Below are positions 24,488 to 33,188 of a stretch of DNA of 44,647 nucleotides, one piece after another. Every line of letters begins with the position of its first letter. The stretch's first letter is position 1. Source of the stretch: a virus. The notes beneath the pieces were generated by a model. It made no database searches and was not told where the DNA came from. It saw nothing but the letters and a program-made list of their open reading frames with translations. The translations under genes were made by a program, and so were the position numbers. The DNA lies in IMG/VR virus record IMGVR_UViG_3300011604_000001, positions 1 to 44,647 of that record; one strand, 5' to 3'.

Positions 24488-25282
24488 TTAATCTAAACTA
24501 CTGCTTGGAAATCCACCAAATCTAGCCGTGTTATCTCTTAGTCTGCAGGATTCAATCGTTCCGCCACAGTAATCTAAACTTGGGTTATCGGTGGGCTTAC
24601 CGTCTTTGGTAAACATCGCAGCCCCGCTATACAAACAAGGGTCTTGACGATACCGCCCACAGACAGCCCAATGGCAATAGTTAGTGATTTCACGGCATGG
24701 GATTTTCATACCTTCAAAATCAACTGGGTTAGACAATTCAAACGTCACTTGACTGGCATTTTCAGCCGTTTTTTGCTCAACAAACCACACCTGTTTTTTA
24801 TACTCGTTGCGTGCTTGTGGATTACCACTGGCAAAATTAGCCGCGTCTAAGTATTTAGCAAGTGTGGTAATAACCGTAAGTTTTGCCCCTGCAAAGTCCG
24901 ATAACTGCAAACATAAAGCCGACATTGCACCATTAATGCCATTTAACGTATTAGCAATCGCTAGGTTAGGCATTGACGCTTTGCCATCGCCGCGTAATTC
25001 CAAGCCATCTGATTGGATAGCAATAGGTGAGTACACTTGCCCCTGCCAAATGATATCACGCTTAACTTCTTTGTCGGTGCTGCTGATATCGTAGTCATGC
25101 CCTGCTAATTGACTGTTGTCAATCAAACTGCTATCACCAGCATAGTCTAAGATACGCGCCCAGTCTTCCCACGTCACATGACCGTGCCAATAAAAAACGC
25201 CACCGCCTAAGCGTGTAGCGTCTAATTGATACAGCGTCACAATACCTGCAACGCTTAGCTTTTGAAAATCGCTATTCAGCAT
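24488..25282 (-). CDS. Minor tail protein L (lambda gpL-like)
   Basis: WQGQVYSPIAIQSDGLELRGDGK parallels lambda L WQGRQYQPYPIQGSGFELNGKG. A C-terminal Cys cluster (CHWAVCGRY...CLYSG...CGGTIESCRLR) is present. Confidence 0.85.
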   Translation of the reverse strand: MLNSDFQKLSVAGIVTLYQLDATRLGGGVFYWHGHVTWEDWARILDYAGDSSLIDNSQLAGHDYDISSTDKEVKRDIIWQGQVYSPIAIQSDGLELRGDGKASMPNLAIANTLNGINGAMSALCLQLSDFAGAKLTVITTLAKYLDAANFASGNPQARNEYKKQVWFVEQKTAENASQVTFELSNPVDFEGMKIPCREITNYCHWAVCGRYRQDPCLYSGAAMFTKDGKPTDNPSLDYCGGTIESCRLRDNTARFGGFPSSSLD

Positions 25283-26120
25283 TGGTATTTACCGTTTCGT
25301 TTGTGCTAAAAGGTTTGATATCTGACTGTGGTAAAGCCTGCAAACGTAAATCAATCCAGCGCGTAGATGGGATATCAAGTGGTGTTTCAAGGTCAGGTAC
25401 AATACGTCCTTTTTTATTGAGCATATAATCGTAGGTTTTAACACTGATATCATTGTTATCTAGCTGTTCATAGACTACTGCGACAAGCACATTACCGTTT
25501 GCATCTTTAGGCATCTCGATATACCAACCTTCTTGAGCAAATCCAAGTGAGCCTTTGACAAGGTAATCACCTACACCCAATTTTTCAAATGTAATATCTT
25601 GTAGCTTGGCTTCATTGTTTAGCTCAATTTTATCCGCATATAAACTGACAATAGGCGAAGCGTTTTTAATAAAGCCGTTTGGGTCAACTGATGTATTTTG
25701 AGCCGTGCGGATTAAATGATAACCAACAGTACGTGTTGCTGCGGTTTTATCAGCAACAACGACATGATAAAGCTGTGTATTAGCGAGACCACCAACAAGA
25801 AAGTGTGTTTTATTGCCTACACTCCATCCTAGCCCTTGCCCGTACCCCACAGAGCTATTATCACCAAAAGAATACATTTGTGTTTTATCAAGTTCGCTTG
25901 CCGGTGCTTCAGTAGGTGGGTTTGCACTGCTGTAACGCTTAGTACTACCTAATCCAAACGCCCCAACTTCCATAACATTGCCTGCTGCTGTGCCAACCAA
26001 ACGACTGGCTGCATTGGTGGTGTCTGCAAAGTTGCCATCAATTTTGGTAAATGCTGAACGATTGGTATCGCCGCCTGTACCGCTCGGTGCTGTGCCTAAG
26101 TTAATTCTTTGTATTGCCAT
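25272..26120 (-). CDS. Fibre-like protein inserted between the gpM and gpL homologues, 282 aa
   Basis: The N-terminal INLGTAPSGTGGDTNRSAFTKIDGNF is a motif I recognise from the N-termini of phage tail-fibre proteins. The C-terminal half is beta-rich. Confidence 0.45.
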   Translation of the reverse strand: MAIQRINLGTAPSGTGGDTNRSAFTKIDGNFADTTNAASRLVGTAAGNVMEVGAFGLGSTKRYSSANPPTEAPASELDKTQMYSFGDNSSVGYGQGLGWSVGNKTHFLVGGLANTQLYHVVVADKTAATRTVGYHLIRTAQNTSVDPNGFIKNASPIVSLYADKIELNNEAKLQDITFEKLGVGDYLVKGSLGFAQEGWYIEMPKDANGNVLVAVVYEQLDNNDISVKTYDYMLNKKGRIVPDLETPLDIPSTRWIDLRLQALPQSDIKPFSTNETVNTNAE

Positions 26121-26128
26121 GATTACTC

Positions 26129-26464
26129 CTAAATAAAGGCTTGCTCAAGATTAAAAGAGATTTTCCAAACATCGCCACCGATTTTCTGACGGCTGACTTC
26201 ACCGACAAGACGCACAGTAAAACCCTGCTCGGTTTTAATCGGCTGAAAATAAAAAGGCTCAACCGCTTGAGTTGAGCCTAGAAAGTTATAGATATCATCT
26301 ATGGTGGATTTATAGTCCTGTTTCGAGCATTGCCACGCTTTACGCTTGTTGTTAATCCCAAAACTTGACACTTGCTCGTAACCATCGCCAAATCGTACCT
26401 TATTAACGCTGTGAGCTGTGTTCTCGCTACTGCTTGCGTCAATATCCCAGGTAAATGTTTTTAT
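26129..26464 (-). CDS. Minor tail protein M (lambda gpM-like); start uncertain and apparently non-canonical
   Basis: The frame translates to (I)KTFTWDID...VNKVRFGDGYEQ...FNLEQAFI, which parallels lambda M MKTFRWKV...VRKVRFGDGYSQ...FEQVVN. The similarity extends 93 nt upstream of the called GTG. No ATG/GTG/TTG is in frame there, only ATA (26464), ATC (26470) and ATT (26473). Confidence 0.7.
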   Translation of the reverse strand: MKTFTWDIDASSSENTAHSVNKVRFGDGYEQVSSFGINNKRKAWQCSKQDYKSTIDDIYNFLGSTQAVEPFYFQPIKTEQGFTVRLVGEVSRQKIGGDVWKISFNLEQAFI

Positions 26465-29400
26465 CGCGATAATAAGCCCCCTTGTCGTTTCTCTTGTACG
26501 ATTGTTTGTAGCACTGCCGCTTTGATAGCATCACCCATCTGTTTTCCCATTTGAGCATTGGCTTGCACATCGCTTGAGCCGTCAGCATTGACTACGACAT
26601 TAACCGATACGTTGTTGTTGCCATTTGCATTGGCTAAAGTTTTATCCATCGCCGCGGCTGTGTGTTTTGGTAGCACGCGCTCGCCCTTTTCAAGATTCCA
26701 AGTGCCACTTTTTGGTACAGACATAATGCCGTCATGCGCTTGACCGATGGCAGGGGACTTAATCGCATTTATCATGGTGACAAACTGACCGCCTTTAGCA
26801 ACTGCCATGCCTGCTGCTGCTAGCTTTTGCCATACTGTGCCAGGAGTATCTGCGTAAGCACTTGATGCCGCTTTCCATAAATTCATGCCCGCTTGAGCCA
26901 CCGCAAAGGCTTTTTGTGTAGCAAACAACGCCCGATAGATGCCGCTTTGCTCACCAGCAAACGATTTGGTTAGCCCTGCAAGCGCACCGAACATACCTTC
27001 ATACTGCGTAAGCATTAAGCTGTTACTTGCTTGCGTGTAGCTGTCTTTGACTTGCTTTCGCATGGCTTCAGCTTCAGCCACTTTGTCTGTGTGTAACTGC
27101 TCGTATTGGTCAACAACCGCTAAACGCTGCTCATACTCAGCCGTTAACTTCGCCATGGGTGATTCTTGGGCTAAATCCGTGCCTAGTTTGCTAAAAGCGT
27201 CCTCACTCGCTTTCGTTTGCTTTAGCGTTTCAAGCTGTTGCATACTGTCTTTAAGCTGCGATATTTTTGATGGTAAAACGCCAAGATATTTGTCGGTTTT
27301 TTCCATATCGTAAGCTAGGGCAGCTAGCGGACTGTCATTGCCAAATAATGCTATTTGTTTTTGCAAGTCATCAATAGACTGATTAACGCTATCTTGAGCC
27401 TGTTTAAATGCGCTAGCCTGTTCGGTTTGCGATTTGTCAGCTTCAGCCAGTCGCCATTTTTCATACGTCAGCTTTTTAAGCGTTTCGATATCATCAGCAT
27501 TTATCCCTTTGTACTTACCAACACTGACATCGTAATTTAATTCAGCAAGTGGATTGTCGCCTTTGCCTATCAATGCAATATCTTTTTTAAGCTGTGCGAT
27601 ATTGTTAGTTACTTGTTTGGCTAACTGCCCAGCTTCTTTATTCACCGCACCTTGTTTAGCCTTTAAACCATTTGCCAAACCTTGCCCTGCGTGTTCACCG
27701 AGTGCGTGTGTAACCCTTGATGGTGAGTGGATATCAAGCACGCTACGGATTGAATTAGCCACATTGCTTGCTAGGTTACGAGCTTCAGTACCTACCGCGC
27801 TAATGCGTGACTTGATACCATTTGCCAAGCCTTGTACCGCTTGCACACCGATAGTAAATAGCTGTGAGCCTAGATTGCCAAATGCGCTAATGATGTTAGA
27901 CACGGCTGTTTTGACAATGCCGATAATTGCTGAAAAGCCACTGCTAAAGGCATTTTTAACACCTTGCATATCGCCTTGTACTAACGCCTTGATTGCGTTC
28001 ATCACAGTAGATACAACGGTTTTGATGATGCCAAATTGAGCATTAAATACACTTGCTAACACGGTAAGTCCTGCGACCACAACCGACTTAATCACCGCTA
28101 AGCTAGTGGTGAATACGCCTTTAATCGCTGCCCATGCTGTCGTGACAATGCCTTTTAATAAGCTAAATTGAGCCGATGCCACTTGCGACATGACCGCAAA
28201 ACCTGTTTGAAAAACTGGCTGCAAAAAGCTAAACAAGCCTGTAAAGATGGATTTAATATTTGCTACCGCTTGTTGTATGGGCTGCGGCAAGGTATTAAAC
28301 ACTTCGATTGTCTTAGCTTTCACCATATCCCAATTACGGTATAGATAAACGGCTGCGGCTGCTAATGCGGCAATCCCTGCTACCACTGCCGTAACTGGTG
28401 CAGTAATAACGCCTAATACCGTCACAAACGCGCTAAACGCGCCTGTTAATAAGCTCACTGCAGCCGCGCCACTGGTAAAGAATGTAACTATCGCGCCAAT
28501 ACCTGCGCCTATTGCACTAACAGCAGCAATGCCGCTAGACACGGCAGTAAACGCCAATGCTAGACCGCCTAACACGGTAATTGCGCCCAATACCGCGCCA
28601 GTGACAGCGACAATCTGAGTGACTAAATCGGGGTTTTGCTGCGCCCATGTCGCCATTGACTGCACAACAGGAATGACCGCTTGAGCAAGTTGGTTAATCG
28701 CTGGCAATAATGCGCTACCGACATTCACTTTTAGCACGTTTAAATTATTGCTAAACAAGGCTAATTGGTTTTCAGTGGTAGCACTTCGAGCGGCATACTC
28801 TTGTTGCATTGACCCTGCGTACTTTGTCGCATCGCCCACAGCTGTTAGATTTTTGGTAAGCGTTTCGGTATTTGTCACCATTTGAGCGATGACAGGCAAG
28901 GCTTCAGCACCAAAAATATCATTAATGGTTGCGGTGCGTTGGGCTTCAGGTAGTTTTTTTAACGATTCAATGATGCGGTTAATTGTCGCTTCACTGTTTT
29001 GCTGCATATCTTTCGATACTTGCACCGAGTCTAAGCCTAGTTTTTTAAATGCTTCACTGGCTGATTTTGTGGCACTTTCGCCTTTAGTGAGTGCTAAAAA
29101 CATATTCTTTAAGCCAGTCGCCACCACTTCGGGGGCAAGGCTATTCACACTTGCGCCCATTGCTGCGATTTGAGCCGCGCTCACCCCTGCAAGTTCGCCC
29201 AATGGTCCAACTGTCTGCACGATTTTCATAATCTTAGCAGCAGAGTTTGGCGAGGTGTTGCCTAGATAGTTGATTTTATCCGCTAAGGCTTCAACGTCTG
29301 TCTGTGACATTTTAAACGCTGTCCGCATTTCTGCCATCGCTTGCCCTGCTTCCTCGGCAGATATATCAAACGCTGTACCCATTTTTGCAGCGGCTTCAGT

Positions 29401-30405
29401 GAATTTAGTTATCTCATTGGCCGCGATACCGCTTTGACCTGCTGCGGCTGCAATTTGGGCAAGCCCATCGGCTGTGATGGGTATTTGAGTGGATAAGTCT
29501 AGCAAGTCCTGCCGCATATTTGCCAAACCTTGCGGACTGTCAAAATTTACGACCTTTTTAACATCAGCCATTGCAGACTCAAACTTAATCGCTTCATCAA
29601 CTGAGCCTTTGAGCGCAAAACCTACCGCGCCCAATGCAATACCAGCAGCCGCGCCAATGGTTTTAATGCCGTCTAAAGCATCTTGCAGTGTGTTTGAGCT
29701 ATTACTGGCTGCTGTCATGCTACTACTAGCCGATGAAGCGCTACTAGCCGCATGAGATAAACCTGTGCTTGCGCTACTAGCTGCGCTTGCCGTTCCAGTC
29801 AAACTAGCACTTGCGCTACTAGCTGCGGTTGATACGCCACCCACTGCCCCAGCTGCGCTTGTAGTACTAGATGACAAGCTAGTCATCGCGCTATGGGTAT
29901 GGCTTGCCCCTGTAGCGGTTGTGGTTAATGCGCCTGTTAACCCGCTCGCTGCCGTTGCAGTTGTGGTTAGTCCTGCGCTTGCGCTTGCTGTTGCAGACGA
30001 TACGCTACTAGTTGCAGTTGCTGCGGCTGTTGTACTACTAGACAAGCTTGTCATGGCTGTATGCGTATGGCTTGCGCCTGTCGTTGCAGTAGCTAATGCA
30101 CCAGTTAAACTTGTAGCAGCACTTGTGGCTTGCGTTGTATTACCAATGTAAGTAAAGGTTGAGCCATGTAATGACGTCATCGCGCTGTTTGCGGTTGTGG
30201 TTGCGCGTGATAATCCTGTTAATGCGCTAGCTGCGCCTGTTGCTCGACTTCCTGCGGTTTGTGTTGCTCGACCTGCGCTGTCAATATCTCGGCTTGCGGT
30301 ATTAGCAGCAGCGTTAAGGCTTTGAAAAACTGAGCGCAACCGATTAAGGCTGCCCTCAGCATTACCAGTGTCAACGGTTATACTTACTCGTGTATCTGCT
30401 GCCAT
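26461..30405 (-). CDS. Tape measure protein, 1314 aa
   Basis: Size, position after G/GT, a central hydrophobic/Gly-Ala-rich membrane-like block and long helical regions. The N-terminal ~240 aa are S/T/A-rich repeats. Confidence 0.85.
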   Translation of the reverse strand: MAADTRVSITVDTGNAEGSLNRLRSVFQSLNAAANTASRDIDSAGRATQTAGSRATGAASALTGLSRATTTANSAMTSLHGSTFTYIGNTTQATSAATSLTGALATATTGASHTHTAMTSLSSSTTAAATATSSVSSATASASAGLTTTATAASGLTGALTTTATGASHTHSAMTSLSSSTTSAAGAVGGVSTAASSASASLTGTASAASSASTGLSHAASSASSASSSMTAASNSSNTLQDALDGIKTIGAAAGIALGAVGFALKGSVDEAIKFESAMADVKKVVNFDSPQGLANMRQDLLDLSTQIPITADGLAQIAAAAGQSGIAANEITKFTEAAAKMGTAFDISAEEAGQAMAEMRTAFKMSQTDVEALADKINYLGNTSPNSAAKIMKIVQTVGPLGELAGVSAAQIAAMGASVNSLAPEVVATGLKNMFLALTKGESATKSASEAFKKLGLDSVQVSKDMQQNSEATINRIIESLKKLPEAQRTATINDIFGAEALPVIAQMVTNTETLTKNLTAVGDATKYAGSMQQEYAARSATTENQLALFSNNLNVLKVNVGSALLPAINQLAQAVIPVVQSMATWAQQNPDLVTQIVAVTGAVLGAITVLGGLALAFTAVSSGIAAVSAIGAGIGAIVTFFTSGAAAVSLLTGAFSAFVTVLGVITAPVTAVVAGIAALAAAAVYLYRNWDMVKAKTIEVFNTLPQPIQQAVANIKSIFTGLFSFLQPVFQTGFAVMSQVASAQFSLLKGIVTTAWAAIKGVFTTSLAVIKSVVVAGLTVLASVFNAQFGIIKTVVSTVMNAIKALVQGDMQGVKNAFSSGFSAIIGIVKTAVSNIISAFGNLGSQLFTIGVQAVQGLANGIKSRISAVGTEARNLASNVANSIRSVLDIHSPSRVTHALGEHAGQGLANGLKAKQGAVNKEAGQLAKQVTNNIAQLKKDIALIGKGDNPLAELNYDVSVGKYKGINADDIETLKKLTYEKWRLAEADKSQTEQASAFKQAQDSVNQSIDDLQKQIALFGNDSPLAALAYDMEKTDKYLGVLPSKISQLKDSMQQLETLKQTKASEDAFSKLGTDLAQESPMAKLTAEYEQRLAVVDQYEQLHTDKVAEAEAMRKQVKDSYTQASNSLMLTQYEGMFGALAGLTKSFAGEQSGIYRALFATQKAFAVAQAGMNLWKAASSAYADTPGTVWQKLAAAGMAVAKGGQFVTMINAIKSPAIGQAHDGIMSVPKSGTWNLEKGERVLPKHTAAAMDKTLANANGNNNVSVNVVVNADGSSDVQANAQMGKQMGDAIKAAVLQTIVQEKRQGGLLSR

Positions 30406-30415
30406 ATTCCACCCA

Positions 30416-30443
30416 TAAAAAAACCCTAGTATTTCTACTAGGG
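30416..30443 (-). terminator. Intrinsic terminator after the Ltp-like gene
   Basis: ccctagta tttc tactaggg (8-bp stem). On the minus strand it is followed by TTTTTTTAT. Confidence 0.75.
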
Positions 30444-30469
30444 CTTATCAAATTAATTTAAACTAAAAT

Positions 30470-31024
30470 CTAACTGCATGCACCCGCTTGCTTTGCGCCA
30501 TACTCGGCTTCTGCTTTAGTGTATTGGTCGCCATGTTTTGATGATAACTGTTGTATCAATCCCTTACATGAAAAACCCTGCATATCTAAATATGCCTTTC
30601 CTGCTTTAGCCGCTTGCTCATTCCAATCAACGGTTAAGCTATCAACGGCTGCTGTTGCATCAGCTTTGCTAAATCCATCGCCATGCTGTGACGATAATTG
30701 CTGTATCAATCCATCGTGAGAAAACGCCTTAAAATCTAAGTATTGCTCTGCTTTGCGCACCGCATTTTTCTGTGATGCCGTCAAGCCGCCAACGTCATTT
30801 GATTCGGTTGGCTGCATGCTGTTTAACGCTTTAGCTTGTTGGTCAACCATTTGTGCTTTGGCATCAATTTCAGCCGCTTGTTTTTCTACTACTGGTTGAG
30901 ATGTTGTCTTATTTGGCTCTGTATTCGCTGTGGTTGCGTTTTTTGGCTCATCTTTGCCAAAGATAGCACCAAAGACAATTAACGCGACAAACGCAATTAA
31001 CGACCATTTAACCCAAGGCTTCAT
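30470..31024 (-). CDS. ltp: Ltp-family (host cell surface-exposed lipoprotein-like) membrane-anchored protein; superinfection-exclusion candidate
   Basis: N-terminal transmembrane anchor WSLIAFVALIVFGAIFG. Two tandem Ltp repeats are present: FSHDGLIQQLSSQHGDGFSKADATAAV and FSCKGLIQQLSSKHGDQYTKAEAEYG. Confidence 0.7.
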   Translation of the reverse strand: MKPWVKWSLIAFVALIVFGAIFGKDEPKNATTANTEPNKTTSQPVVEKQAAEIDAKAQMVDQQAKALNSMQPTESNDVGGLTASQKNAVRKAEQYLDFKAFSHDGLIQQLSSQHGDGFSKADATAAVDSLTVDWNEQAAKAGKAYLDMQGFSCKGLIQQLSSKHGDQYTKAEAEYGAKQAGACS

Positions 31025-31063
31025 AATTGTTTACTCGATAAGTGTTTTATCAATCATAAACAA

Positions 31064-31803
31064 TCATTTAGCCTTTTGCAACTTCTTAACTTCATCAAGT
31101 GCGATTGCATCAATCTCAAAGATGATATCATCAAGCAGCCACCTTGACATATTCACGCTACGCACCTGCAAAACGGCTGTAATATCACTTGTGGATATCG
31201 GTAGCGGCTGCCCTTCAGCGTATTGCCTTTCACGGCAAGCAAGCACAAACACGGTGATAATACTATCAAGCAGCGCATCGCCTTCAATCCCTTGCGGCAA
31301 AGCAACCCCCAACTTTTCATAGATTGCCTTGCGCTTTTCGGTTAGCCCTACGGCTTGCGTTTGCCACCTGTAGTATTCAACGGCTTTTTTTTAGCGTCCT
31401 CTGTGGTGTCAGAGAACTCTTTTATCATGCTCGTGACGGTTTCAAATAGCTGTGTCAAGAACTTTTCTAAACCGCTTGAGATATTCTCACAAACGAGTAG
31501 TAAGTTATCACCGTTTGGCTGAACCGGTTCGCCATTTACATCAACATTCCAATCGCTGACAAGGTATTCACCGATTACCATAATCAAGGCTTCATAGCCT
31601 GTGATATCCGATTGATTTTCACGTTTGAAGCTGTCTTTCGTGGTTTTGGTGGCTAATAGTTGTTGCGCTTTGGCAAATGCACTGTTAAACGCTGGGTCAT
31701 GCTTTACGACAAGCGTTAACTCTAAGCCGCTATCGTGTTTGATAGTACGCACCACTTCACCGATGCGTACTGGTTTTTTAAGGCTCTGTAAACTAAATCC
31801 CAT
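31064..31803 (-). CDS. Tail assembly chaperone frameshift product (gpGT-like), via -1 PRF at A AAA AAG
   Basis: The -1 frame opens exactly at the A8G run (TAA at 31393-31391) and runs to 31064. A slip on A AAA AAG (31390-31384) joins ...EDAKKK to AVEYYRWQTQAV... Confidence 0.65.
31348..31803 (-). CDS. Tail assembly chaperone (gpG-like)
   Basis: It lies between the major tail and tape-measure genes. It has an acidic C-terminal part and contains a slippery site near its end. Confidence 0.7.
   Translation of the reverse strand: MGFSLQSLKKPVRIGEVVRTIKHDSGLELTLVVKHDPAFNSAFAKAQQLLATKTTKDSFKRENQSDITGYEALIMVIGEYLVSDWNVDVNGEPVQPNGDNLLLVCENISSGLEKFLTQLFETVTSMIKEFSDTTEDAKKKPLNTTGGKRKP
31384..31392 (-). 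other. Programmed -1 ribosomal frameshift slippery sequence (A8G; dnaX-type A AAA AAG)
   Basis: Minus strand reads GCT AAA AAA AAG CCG in the G frame. Frames were checked against both ORF coordinates. Confidence 0.65.
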
Positions 31804-31813
31804 TATCTACCCC

Positions 31814-32731
31814 TTATGCTTTGTGTTTTTCAAGCACTGGCGATACGTTCACCACCGTGTAATTAACATCAATGGTTGCCAGTTCTGTACCGCTTGGGCT
31901 TGGGATGTCGCCTGTTACTTGCACCTGCGGCAATTTAATCACATATTTTTGCTTGTTTGAGTAATTGATTGGCACTTCAAGTGCAACGGTAGCACCTGTC
32001 AGCTGATTGACAACCAAGTCATGCGATGCCACGCCATACGCTAACGTCATCGAGCCGCTAATATTAGCAAGCATAGCTAAGATATTGCCGCCATACAGAT
32101 TATCGCCTAAGCATTTTTGGATTTCGGCTTGATTGTCAATCTCAAAGCTAAATGACTCAACACAAATGCCGATATCTGCACCGTCTTTTAAGATTGTGCC
32201 GATAGATAAGCCGCTTGCTGCTTTGCCTTGCGCTACTGACGCAGGGGACTTGGCAAATGACAAGGTTTTGCTGTGCTGATAGCCTTGCGCCATGATACCG
32301 AACGTGACTTTTACAAGGTCATCGGTTGTAATGTTGATTTCTAGCGAGTTAACAACGCAGCCAGTAAACAAGTGATTGACATTCACGTCAGTAAAATCTT
32401 TTGTGATTGCAAAAATCTTTTTGATATCGCCAACAACTAGCGTATCGGGTGCATCAGCATTGACAATCCAGTTGTTGAAAAATGCAGCCGCTAGTAATTT
32501 GTCATAAGTACCGTATTGCAACTCGGCTTCAATGTCGCCACTGATTGAGCCGCCTGTTATCATGCCAGCCGCAGCAATTCGACCACCGCTTAACATTTCG
32601 CTATTGGTCAAATCATTGGCTACAGTTAAGCCGTTGGTGATGTTTGGCAGGATAGTCCAGCCGGTTGTAGGTATTACTTTTGGGTCTGTTTGCTCTACGA
32701 TAGAGGTAATAACGCGTGCGCCTGAACTCAT
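31814..32731 (-). CDS. Major tail protein, 305 aa
   Basis: Position immediately upstream of G/GT, appropriate size, and beta-rich composition. Confidence 0.6.
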   Translation of the reverse strand: MSSGARVITSIVEQTDPKVIPTTGWTILPNITNGLTVANDLTNSEMLSGGRIAAAGMITGGSISGDIEAELQYGTYDKLLAAAFFNNWIVNADAPDTLVVGDIKKIFAITKDFTDVNVNHLFTGCVVNSLEINITTDDLVKVTFGIMAQGYQHSKTLSFAKSPASVAQGKAASGLSIGTILKDGADIGICVESFSFEIDNQAEIQKCLGDNLYGGNILAMLANISGSMTLAYGVASHDLVVNQLTGATVALEVPINYSNKQKYVIKLPQVQVTGDIPSPSGTELATIDVNYTVVNVSPVLEKHKA

Positions 32732-32750
32732 AACGACTCCTTTTTAGGCA

Positions 32751-32775
32751 TAAAAAAAGCCGCTACAGTGGCGGC
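32751..32775 (-). terminator. Intrinsic terminator-like hairpin upstream of the major tail gene
   Basis: gccgc tacagtg gcggc. On the minus strand it is followed by TTTTTTTAT. Confidence 0.5.
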
Positions 32776-32792
32776 ATTGGTTGAAAATTTGG

Positions 32793-33188
32793 TTAGTTGT
32801 ATCGGTAAGGCAAGCTAACATTCATTTGGTAGAATTTAGTGTTTGGGTCAAAACCTGCATCTATAAGGCTTGGTGTCAACAACTCTAATTTGTCGGCTTT
32901 GTAGTACGCTAAATGATTGGCTAAGGCATCAGCAAAGCGTTTTAGATTGCCTGTGCCTTGACCTTCTCTATCAAAACACTGAATGATAACCGTGCCAACT
33001 TCTCGGCTGCACGGCTTGTCACTCATGCCACTCATAAAGTTAATACCGCCTAACACAGTCGGTCTAAGCCATATCCCCGTTGTTGGGATGGTAAAGTTTT
33101 GATTAACCCATGCAACGCGCTTTAAATCCAAGTTAGGCAAAGCCAATAATCGAGCGTTAATCAGCTTTTCAATTTCGATACTGTGCAT
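32793..33188 (-). CDS. Tail terminator / tail completion protein candidate, 131 aa
   Basis: Gene order only: it is the last head-tail joining gene before the major tail gene. Confidence 0.35.
   Translation of the reverse strand: MHSIEIEKLINARLLALPNLDLKRVAWVNQNFTIPTTGIWLRPTVLGGINFMSGMSDKPCSREVGTVIIQCFDREGQGTGNLKRFADALANHLAYYKADKLELLTPSLIDAGFDPNTKFYQMNVSLPYRYN

Noticed and set aside
26558-30151. Multiple plus-strand ORFs antisense to the tape measure gene (for example 27554-28039, 29489-29755, 29765-30151)
   Set aside because: They are generated by the Ala/Ser/Thr-rich repeat composition of the TMP. They have no RBS and low-complexity translations.
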